Assembly (NCBI GenBank): GCA_038496445.1
Contig: JALMLS010000397.1
Span: 62,001 to 126,000 of the forward strand
DNA: 64,000 nt
Source: Trichosphaerium sp. ATCC 40318
Taxonomy: Eukaryota; Protista; Tubulinea
Direction of reading: 5' to 3'
Below the pieces are notes generated by a model. It made no database searches, was not told where the DNA came from, and saw only the letters and a program-made list of their open reading frames with translations. This document shows, in pieces, positions 51,813-62,491 of this stretch. A program made the position numbers and the translations under genes. The stretch's first letter is position 1, and the number at the start of each line of letters is the position of its first letter.

Positions 51813-54009
51813 ATGTCACATAGACGCGAAAGAGCGTCAAAAAGCAAAAATCCTTCAAAACGCTCTCAAAAGGCATCCAGGAAACGAGAGAAACACTCAA
51901 CCGCGTTTATCGAAGCGATGCGCACAGACTTTACAATGGAAGACTTTGAGTTTACACACAATTCAAATTACGGCGTGTACGTTGATTAATACTAATATAC
52001 CAGCGTTACGGGCAATTTTTCAACCATTTTTTAGTGTTCCAGCAAATGGAGCACTACGTCATAGATCACAAATGCTCCTGGACAATTCTAGGGGATAGTA
52101 AGTCATAAAAATACAAAAAAAAAACCCACTTGGCAGACAAGTTTTTTTTTTTCTCTGAACTCAAAGATTTTTATTGTTGATGTTAAAGTACTCTCGTAGT
52201 GACGCATACCGTAATAAATGGGTGGATTGGCTTCTGAGCCTTGAAGGTAGTGAGCAGTGTCTATCTGGATACTACGGTAGGTTTCTGTACTTACCAACGT
52301 ACAGACAAAGGCACGTGCAAACAAAAATGTCATTACTCTTTTCTGAGCACCCTATGAGGTTGCCTTTATTTATTTTCACTCCTCGTTTTTACACCATATT
52401 TGATACCTGGTACTTTAGCCAGCTTGTTGAACTGACAGAAAAATAAATATCTTCATAAATTTTAATTATATTTATACTAAGTATAATACACACATAATAA
52501 GTGTTTCACGTAGCTTTGAGCGTAAACGAAAAAACTTACTCACTGTTTTGAAACTCGTAATGGAACGTGGAGATGTTAATGATAGATCAGGAGCATTAAA
52601 GTTGATAATGTTTTGGGGTGCAGATCTTGAAGATTATGGAGATGATAAAGAACGATGTTTAGCAGAAACTATTTTTTTTGATGTTTTGAATGAAGAACCA
52701 GATTTTCGACTAAAATGCCAGGTTAGACCTTTTTGCTTTTGTCTAAGAAAGTACTTCTCATGCTTAATATATTTATGTTCAGGCACTGGAATATTTGGCT
52801 TGTTATTGTGGAGTCACTTGTGTCAATAATATTACAAAACCTCGATATGATACTTTTTGGAAGAATCTATTAAAAACAATTCACGGGTACTTGGAAGAAG
52901 CAATACTAGGAAACTATCTTGAAGAGGAAGAAGAGAAATTCGTATCTAGATGTATTACTATAGCAGCATCAATCCTATCTTTTAGAAGTGGTGAAGCTTT
53001 TAGAAAGCATATTGCAAGGTATGGCTTTGTCAGTACTGCCCAAAAAAAGTATAAAAGAAAAAGGATTTTAACATTCGCTTTAGTTTTGCGGAGGATCTCC
53101 ACGACTTTTTTGAAATATCAGACTCTCCAAGTATACTCATTGCAATAGCCGAGGCAATGTGTAGTATACTAAACGTTTCTGAACGCGTGAAGGATATCAA
53201 CAGCACGTTCAAAAAACCGGAGAGTATAACTTCAAAATGGCGAGAAATGATACTTGAAAATATCCCGTCAAATGACTTACACCAGAAGAGGTGGAATGAC
53301 CTCGAAAAGTTACTTGAGGTTAGTTAAAATTTAGTAGATAGTGTGTATTAGATATTAAGTTGTTTAACGGGAACTTTTAGTCGCGTCAATGGATTGTTGA
53401 AGTACCTTACTTTTATACATCTGATAGACTTGTTAATAGTCCTAAATCGAAAGCAAAAAATAAAAAATACTGGAATTCAAGGGACTCACAGTACGTTTCA
53501 TCTATTTTTATATACTTCATCTTGATATTGATAATGTATTTTAACCTTAGTTCTGCGTCTTATGCAAAATCACATTGGGCTGAGGCTCTTTGGTTTCGTG
53601 TTATGAAGGAATCTTTTGGTAAACATTTTAGTGAATGTTTCTGCACTACAGATAGACTTGCTTACCTCACTCGTGGTGGTAGAAAGTTTAGAACACGAAA
53701 ACAACGAGACTGGTACAAAAGACAGTTTTTTTCCCACAGTCACGTGTTTGTCACGTTGTCGATTGACTAGTTTTTATTTCTTTTCTGATTTTATTTTACA
53801 ATAGGGTTAACGATATTTTGGAGCTTGGAAACAGGTCGTTGTACAATGAAAAACGTGTGCTTAAAGATGATCCAGTTGACGATATTGAACGTGAGTTTTT
53901 GATATCAAAACATAATTTAAGGCAAGAGAGTGATACTGCGTACCCTTGGATTGATAAAGAGATAAAAGGACGCCCAGTTAATCCAACAATTAAAGGGAGA
54001 AAGAAATAA
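51813..54009 (+). CDS. Multi-exon hypothetical protein with basic N-terminus and helical body
   Basis: Chain of open exons with canonical splice sites; no family recognised. Confidence 0.6.
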
Positions 54010-54969
54010 AAAATATACTATGTAAATGAAGCGCTGTTTACAGAAATAAACAGAAACAACCAAAAATATACTTTCGATATTTGATTGAATACCTTGACTG
54101 GAATAGGCTTGTAAGTTAACTTTTTTTTGATTGCTGTCAACACGTCACTGTGACGACTGAGCGATTTATTACCCTTTGTGCATAACTGATCTTCAAAGGC
54201 AACTGGTACGCTTGGAATTAAGAGTGTACAAGGACATTACACTATTAATACAATACCACATGTGGAGTTCGTTAGATTAACTTAACTGAAAACTCCGCGT
54301 TTATGGTAACCCACCTCTGTACACTCCCTTTGTAACTACGGGGGTTGAGGATGTATTTATCATAGATTCCCTCAAACTTCCAGAGACCGTTTTTTTTTTA
54401 GGGTTTTCACATTTTTGCTGAAAATAGTTGAGAAAGCCAGAAACAGTTTCGTACGTAAGGAGGAGTTACAAAGCTGTAAAAATACTCAATAGACAACTTC
54501 ATTATTACTACAGTACTTCGTTGCCGCACCATGGTCTTCAATAAAACTGTTTAATGTTTGATACAATCAAGAGAGCTTTATTTATAATCAGTCTTCTCGC
54601 AGCAAAGTTGTTTCGTTATGACGCTTACATTACTTATAGGTATTAAGAACTTCCCATACACAAAAAGTCACATTGGATTCTATACCTACAGCCCAGTCTA
54701 TATTAAAACGGCTTGTGTGGGAGTGTTTGTGAACTTCGAGATTGTTTTCCGATGTACTTTCGAGAACTGCCGTGTTCTATGTCCGCTAATATCGGCCGAC
54801 ATTTGATAAAGTTGTAAAGTGTACCCCTACATTATATAGAGCTTACCGGGACAGTTTAGACTTGCGGACAAGTTTGTGTGTGATTAGTTCACTATCGTTC
54901 CTGAAACACGTGACTTAATCAATAGAAACAATAAGCAACACAACAACCAAACAAAGAAAGACAAACAAG

Positions 54970-57544
54970 ATGAGCAACAACTCAACTGCTCTTCTTACAA
55001 TACTCTTACTCTCAGTATTTACTATTGTATCCAGCTGTACGTCAAGTGATATTTGTTACACATAGTGCTCCTCAAGAGTTCTAAACTTATACTTTTTTTA
55101 GCCGTTTTTCAGGCATCAATTGTTGGAGACCAAACATGTAGACGAAACTCTGATACAATGGGTGTACCGTCGAGCACTCTTACTTGGGGTGATGACGGAA
55201 ATAGATTCTCAGTAATTAAATTCACGATTTTTACCAACGAAGGTGGTGTAGTCCCAAGTGGATCTACAGTTGACTCCGCTGCTTTAACATTCATTGGTGA
55301 AAATGATGGAAGCTATCGGGGAAATGTTTATAGATCAGCTGTTGACTGGGATGAGGATACTGTCAACTACCAAAACTTTGGTGCTTCTGCCGGTGCCGAT
55401 GTTGAAGACTATGCCGGTGCTTCTGTTGCCGAAATACCTGACACAGAGAGGGACCAAGCCATTACCATTGATGTTACTAGTGCTGTTAGAGCTTGGAATA
55501 CTGGTGAAAACAATTTCGGATTTGTCATTGTACCAAGTGCGTTCTTATTTTTACCTTAACCACATGTCATTACTAACTGTTTTCTTTTTTTTTAGATGGT
55601 AGAGGTAGAAGTCGTTCTTCAGTTTACTCCTCAGAATCACAAAACAGGCCGGTACTTGAAATAACAACCCGCGAAGAGTACCAAGGATATAATGGCATTG
55701 GAAACAACGTACAAAATCCTACATATGGTTCTGTAAACGCTCCTTTATTGCGTCAAGTTATGGGTGCTAATGGTAATATCGTAATACCGCCATCATACCA
55801 AGATGGTCTTTCTTCTGTACGTTACAACACCCAGTTTTTTTCAGTATGTTTTGTTTAACTAACTTCCTCACTAGCCACGTGAATTGGATTCTAATGGTGA
55901 CCCATTACCTTCAGTAAGACTAGTAAGTAATCTTGTTGCCAACCACATTGAGCAAAGATCACGTGCAAGAAACCCAAGAAGGTACTTTCAAGACCTGAAA
56001 ACAAAAAAATCGTTTCTTTACCCCTTGCTGTTGCTCACTTTGGTTCCTTAGACATACTGATTTATTGACATACTTCGGGCAATTCTTGGATCACGATATT
56101 GATTTAACTCCAGAAGGTGGAGCAGAGTTCAATATTCAAGTACCTCCAAATGATCCAGTCTTCTCCCGTGAACTTCATTTTACAAGAGCTCGACAAATAG
56201 CTGGAACTCCCGCAACAGATCCTATAGAGCATCCTAACATAATCAGTGCTTTCATTGACGGTACTAATGTATATGGATCTGATCTCGACCGTGCTACTAA
56301 GTTGAGAACATTGTACGACAAACAATCTTTGAGGTATTTTTTTTTTACTAACTATCTGACCTAGGAGTAACGGGCTTATGAAAACTAGTAGTGGTGACTT
56401 TTTGCCTTTTAATCTTGATGAACTCAACCTCGGTATGGCCAACATTGGCTTTGTTCCTGATAATGAAACATTCGTTGCTGGAGATATCCGTGCCAATGAA
56501 AACGCTGTATTGATGTCTCTTCATACTTTATTTATAAGAGAACATAACAGGATTGCTGGAGAGCTTCAAACAGAAAATCCAACATGGTCAGATGAGAGAC
56601 TATACCAAGAAGCTAGAATGCGCGTTATTGCAACCCTTCAATCTATTACTATGTATGAATGGCTTCCAGAGGTTATTGGAAACATACCAAGCTACAGTGT
56701 ACGTACAGCTATCATTTTTCTTTCTTTACAAAGTGCTAACTCTGTTTCCAGGGATACAACGATAACGTTAATCCTGGTATCATGAGCGTTTTCTCAGGAG
56801 CAGCTTTCCGTTTCGGACACAGTTTAATCAGTACTATAATCCACAGAGTCGACCCAGACTTTCACTCTATTCCACAAGGACCTCTTCTTCTCAGAAACGC
56901 TTTTTTCAACCCTGTCTCTATTCAATACGGAATTGGTTCTATTCTCAGAGGTGTCATGATGCAACAACATGAATCTGTTGACGTACTCATCAGCGACGAC
57001 TTGAGAAACTTCTTGTTTCAAACTGTCGGCGGTGGAGGAGCAAGCAGACACGATTTATTTTCTTTGAATCTTCAAAGAGGCAGAGATTTGGGTCTACCAG
57101 ACTACAACACACTTCGTGCTGCATACGGATTTAACAGACTTACCGACTTCTCTGAAATTTCAAGCGACCCTGCTACAGTCAATGCGCTTGCTACTGCGTA
57201 TGTCAGTATTGACGATATTGATCCTTTCGTTGGTGGTCTTGCTGAAGGTACTGCTTACATTATAGTATGATATCACGTGTCTTATTTTATTTATAGATCA
57301 CCTTCAAGACAGTAAAATGGGTGAGTTGTTCACAGCTATTCTCCGAGATCAATTTGTCAGGTTGAGAGATGGTGACAGGTTCTGGTTTGAAAATGGACGC
57401 TTTTCAGATCAAGAAACACAAGCGTTGAGAAATACAAAAATGTTGGATGTTATCATTCGTAACACTGACACAAACCAAAGCACAGCCCAAGATTTCGTAT
57501 CTGCTTTCTCTCTCAGTGACGCAGCAAACGTACCTAATATGTAA
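54970..57544 (+). CDS. Secreted heme peroxidase (peroxidase-cyclooxygenase superfamily) with N-terminal DNRLRE/CBM96-like domain
   Basis: Signal peptide; [34 protein letters not shown]; then [52 protein letters not shown]. Confidence 0.92.
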
Positions 57545-57850
57545 GTGGACTCGAACCACACTGTAAATAAATATGTAGCTACATTTAAAGTCATGTTGTT
57601 GTTGTCAAGTTCTTAACTTTACCAATCTTAGATAAAGGTGACTATCCCTCCCCGACCAGTACATATTGTAGTGCATTAAATATAGGGAGAATGGTGGCGT
57701 GTAAAATACTTGTATCAATTTCCAAGAAGAGATTGTTTGTGCTACACTAGCTCGCTTCACTGATGCATCTTCCGAAAATTGTGGGAAACAATTATTATTT
57801 TAGAATGAGATTTGTGAAATAAATCACTGTGTACATTGACAACACAACAA

Positions 57851-58408
57851 ATGGCGTTATCACAAGAAAGACTGCAATACCTAATCAAAAATTACTACAA
57901 AACGGATATACGCTCAGAATGGGAAGCATACGAAAAAATATGCGCAAAAACGAAGCAAACACCTCTAGATTTATTAAAAGATCATAAACTATACACTCCA
58001 ACAAGTATTTTTACTATTTCAGCAATTACAACAAAAATAAGGTCTGAGCGGGAAAAAATAATACAAGGAGACGATTCATTAGCTGAGGAAGCGAAGAAAG
58101 AGCGTCTAGCAAAACGTCAGAAACGTGAAGAAGATTACGCCCAAAAACTAGGTAAAAAGTGCGAAAAATGCAATGGCACTAAGTTGTTGTATCTCTGCGG
58201 GCGTGGAAAGGATAATAATCACTGGACATTGCCTTCTGGTGCACAAGGAGAAGGATATATACCTTCTTTCCCTGGTTTGACAGATGGTTGTGGTGATGCT
58301 GTAGCTATAGATGTTTGCCTCGGTTGTGGTTGGATAGTAGGAATGAATTTGCAAGCTTTACGGGATTTTGTTGAAGAAGAAGAAACACAAGAGGAAAGCG
58401 GCATGTAA
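57851..58408 (+). CDS. Intronless hypothetical protein with a CxxC...CxxC zinc-ribbon-like domain
   Basis: CEKCNG...GEGYIP..GCGD...CLGCGWIVG; single ORF. Confidence 0.72.
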   Translation: MALSQERLQYLIKNYYKTDIRSEWEAYEKICAKTKQTPLDLLKDHKLYTPTSIFTISAITTKIRSEREKIIQGDDSLAEEAKKERLAKRQKREEDYAQKLGKKCEKCNGTKLLYLCGRGKDNNHWTLPSGAQGEGYIPSFPGLTDGCGDAVAIDVCLGCGWIVGMNLQALRDFVEEEETQEESGM

Positions 58409-58569
58409 TTCAGCAGTGAGTACTAATATTGCTTCCAAATAAATGACCCATTGTCTTGAAGTACAAGGCTCGTTCAAAATTGAGTTAAAAAACACGTGAT
58501 ATTCTATTGCGTGTCTTCTTGCAGCCATAGTTGTTAATTGTTGTATTGTTGTATTGTAGGTAGTTACAA

Positions 58570-58666
58570 ATGCCTTCATGATTCACCAGTGCATTAGGGT
58601 TTGATGTGAGATCCAACCAATAGCGGAAACCTCTGGAGCTCAAGATGAGCATATTCTGACTTTGCA
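58570..58666 (+). ncRNA. Candidate C/D box snoRNA
   Basis: ATGATTC, TTGATGT, terminal CTGA, TGC/GCA stem; AGATGAGCATAT can pair with 18S AUAUGCUUGUCU using two G-U pairs. Confidence 0.4.
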
Positions 58667-58882
58667 AAAAAAAAAAGAGTCCACGTGATATTTAGGAACA
58701 CATAAACAACCCTGACCTGTATTCCGTGCTTAAAACCAAACCAGTAAAAGAATTATTGCTGATTCTCTAGATTATAATGTGCTACTAAATTTGAATTCAA
58801 CTCGAATCTGATTGGATAGAATTACAAACTCGCTTAACTACAAATATTTTGTTTGTACAAGTATTTACAAGTAAATCTTAGC

Positions 58883-59744
58883 ATGTCAACAACAGATACA
58901 AGTTTTGAGATTCCCCCAAAAGGTGGTATCATAGGACGAAGTGTTCTTTCTACAAGTGACCAAGAACAATTGTTTAACTACATGCTTACAATGGCTGCAC
59001 CAGTACGTTGTTTGCTGGAAATATGATTGTATAATTCTTACCACTTTGTATTAACATATCTTTCTCAACAGAGATATATTGCTGATTTGAAATCAATGGC
59101 ATCAAGTGACAAATTCAAGGACAAGAATTTTCCTTTCCCAATGACATACTACAGGAATGCACTTACAGATGAATGTACAATGAAAGAAAGTACGTTTATA
59201 GTTTGTAATCTACTTTAATTAACACCCGTTTTAGAACCTACGAAGACCCTACAATGGATTAACGGCATCCTCGACGATATAAAAAGCTATGTTTCAGAGC
59301 ATGAAGATACCGCAAATCTCGAAGACATGTACAAAATAGGAAATCTAACGATTGACAGTTTCAGGGCTCAGCTGTACCCTAAAAAGGGCTTGTTGTGTAA
59401 ACATAAGGATCCCGGTAAGTACTTTTAAGAGTAGTACAATAGAGCTTACTCCATCCGAATTTAAATGGGCTGGAAGCCTCACACTTGGTGCACCTTGTGA
59501 CTTTATGTTTGATGGACACTTAATCAAACTATACTCAGGAGATATTGTATTCGGTAACTTAGGTAAAATCGAGCATGAGGTCGTAAAAGTATATCCAGAT
59601 GAGGTACCTTCATGGTGGCACTCTGTGGAAAATCTTGGATATGCTCGTTGTAATGTTCAATTTCGTCAGTATGATCAATACACTGGAAAAAAACAAACTG
59701 TAAAAGAGTACGATGATTATATAAATTCCTGGCAGCGCAATTGA
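58883..59744 (+). CDS. AlkB-like 2OG-Fe(II) dioxygenase
   Basis: AQLYP..G.L.KHKDP (HxD), SLTLGAPCDFMF, LYSGDIVFG, HEV, RCNVQFR. Confidence 0.8.
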
Positions 59745-59965
59745 TCCCTGATTGACATCTTCCTTACTTTATTAACCAAGATGTATTTAATCTCACAGTG
59801 ACAACCATGTATAAGCGCATAAAACAACCGATCGAACATAAAAAAGACGCAATGAGAAACATGTTTAACTTACTAGTTTTATTACTTCGCAACTCAAAGA
59901 AAAAAGGCAATTGTTGTAAAAGTGTAGTTTATTGTTATTTTAAAGGATATCAGACAAGTACGTGC

Positions 59966-60523
59966 TTATGAGTCAATTTGGATGACTGCAGTATGGGTGC
60001 CTTTTGTGAAATCGTTGTAGTTAGGCTTGTCTCCTTGATTCAAGGCACCATACTTGGTCCAGTTATCCATTACAAGAGCCATTGAATAAGCGGAGCGAGT
60101 ATCGCAAATCAACTCTTCCCTGTCTTTGTTCTTCTTGAACACCTTATTCATAAACTTGGACATCTTTGATACTTCGGTCGATTTAATACGGTCGCGTCCA
60201 GTTACAGCAGATGTTTCAAGTAACTGCTTAACAAGCTCAAGGAATTTTCTTATCTGAGCGATAATAAGAGTCAAGTCTTTGCAAAAGACCTCTGACTTTT
60301 TGAGGCATTTGTATGCCTCTCCTGTTTGCAACTCGGCGTGACATTCAGTTAGAAACTCGCTGATTAAGTTTGCTTTAGCTACTGACTTTGCAAGAGATTG
60401 TCTGTCATCTTCGTCCAGTGCACCTTTTTTTGATTCGGTGGCAGTGTTATAGATGTCAAGGCCTAGGGCGCCTGCTCCTACGAGTGCTGTGAGTACTGCT
60501 GCTGCTGCTACTGCTGATGCCAT
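59966..60523 (-). CDS. Intronless helical hypothetical protein with hydrophobic N-terminal helix
   Basis: 185-aa ORF with coding-like composition, flanked by AT-rich DNA. Confidence 0.7.
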   Translation of the reverse strand: MASAVAAAAVLTALVGAGALGLDIYNTATESKKGALDEDDRQSLAKSVAKANLISEFLTECHAELQTGEAYKCLKKSEVFCKDLTLIIAQIRKFLELVKQLLETSAVTGRDRIKSTEVSKMSKFMNKVFKKNKDREELICDTRSAYSMALVMDNWTKYGALNQGDKPNYNDFTKGTHTAVIQIDS

Positions 60524-61673
60524 GTTGTTGATGGGGACGAAGTTGTATTATTTTGTTTTCTTGTACCTGTACTTAACACGCAAACTAAACTACAAAACCA
60601 CTTCTCAAAAGTTAGGCCAAAACTTTTTTTTGGAGTATATGCCATACTTTTATTATAGCCTAGTGTTATAGCATAGCTGGCCAACTGTTGCGTATTTTAG
60701 TTGTTGATGTAGTTCTTTATTAACTTCAGTTTTTTTGAAGTTCACAAATAAAAAATCGGAAAAAACCAACCTTTCCTGCCAGTGTATGTATTAGCGATAA
60801 TTTGAAAAACTGCTGTATTACGCATGAAGCATCAACCTGTAGTTTTGCCGAAAGAAGATTTGGCCTAATTTTTCTTTGCAAACTAACAAACATCTGTACT
60901 GAACTATCGCAAGTGAAGATTTGTTCTTGACTTGATCAATTACACATTGCAATACTAGTTTTGTATGTGTATTGTTGCGCTATCTGAAATCATCATACTA
61001 TGCTGTACGTTTCTTAAAATCCAAATACATGCACAAACTTAGGCTACTCTAGACAATTCTATTATGAGTTTTTCTTTTTCATTGTCGATCATCGTTCAAT
61101 CTTGCTGGGAACGAAACATAGAAACACACCTGGATATTTTGCTTTCATGATGTTAGATACTTTCTTCACTAGCCACAGCTTGAACCATTTAACCTTAACT
61201 TTACTGTAAAAGTTATAATAATCACGTGTTTTAATAAAACGTTTGATATCATGTGCAACAAAAGTGATTCCAAATAATTGCACGTATGACAATTAGTCTA
61301 GTTTCATTTTTCATGGCGTGTCACGCCATGTGCGTAAAGAATTATGACACGTCGAGCTATAAATTTTCGTAACAAATTCTACTACTAAGAGTACATTCTG
61401 ACGAATTAGCAGAGAAACAAAAAACCGGTATATCAAGAATCTAGTGAAATCCACAAATTTTTTTTTTGTAACTTTCTAATGGCAATTCAACGCTTATTGT
61501 CCGATACTTATTAAAAACCTATTATACACTCATTTTAATAACGTTGGTTGTGATTTTAAGGCTTTTTAAATTAATTTAGAGTATATTTGTTTGACACGAA
61601 ACGATAATAAGTTGGTAGCGCTCTTTTACCATTTTAAGAGTAATTTGTAGCGCTTTTGAAAGCTATTTGGTGC

Positions 61674-62186
61674 CTACTTGCCACCCATTTGTTCGCGCTG
61701 TTTTTTGTCCTCAGTTTCGGAGATACCATAGCGTGTGCTGTTCGCTGTGTAGTTCTAAAACAGGAGTTTAGTTAAAATGTCGCTTGTTGCGTCAATTTGT
61801 ATTATAAATACTAAATTAGCGGCTACTGTAGTAACATACTGCGACTCTGGCTTGGTTGTCTTGATCAATTGTTTTTTGTCTCAATTGAGAAATACTGAAG
61901 CTCTCTTGTCTACCAGAACCTAAACAGTGGTGTCAAGACGACTTTTCTTGTGATCTTTTTTACTAATTTGTAATTGCTTTACCTTCTACACCTTTAGATC
62001 CCCACCGTTGTTCTTCCTACGCTCATAATTAGCAAAATACGAATAAATATAACGCTACTATACCTCAGTAACATCGTTTATGAAGTCTGCGTCAGTTTCC
62101 CAATCATCGTCGTCATCCATACCAGGATCAGGTAGTTTATTAGGATCATGGGCACCCAAGTCTTCTGGTCTACCGTAAACACTCAT
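61674..62186 (-). CDS. Cortactin/HS1 N-terminal acidic domain-only protein (~105 aa)
   Basis: Four exons give [35 protein letters not shown]..ISQLR, then stop after QMGGK. Confidence 0.88.
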
Positions 62187-62491
62187 TGTAACGGGTTTTA
62201 TGTAGTTTAAAAATAGGCCAGGAAATATAAGGTAAGACAAAGTCAAACAACCCAAAAATTGAAATAAGTGATTGCCTATGAGTGCCAATCAAACTAAGTA
62301 AGGAAGAGCTATGGCTGTTTCGATAGTGTCTTGCATTTTCATGCAAATCTTGGTGTATTTCTCAGTACTATAGAACTGCATGAAGCTAAGTTTTGTAACA
62401 TTATTTAAGCACGTGTTTTAGACTACTTTGAATACGTCGCTATTCTTTTTGGATGTAGGCTTAACTCTTACACTTAAAATACCTTTAATCA

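Noticed and set aside
52311-52317. Additional GC donor (GCACGTG)
   Set aside because: Reading frame requires the upstream GT donor at 52299
58604-58632. U13/snR45-like guide to 18S helix 45
   Set aside because: The two complementary segments imply mutually inconsistent helix-45 sequences, and the layout differs from U13
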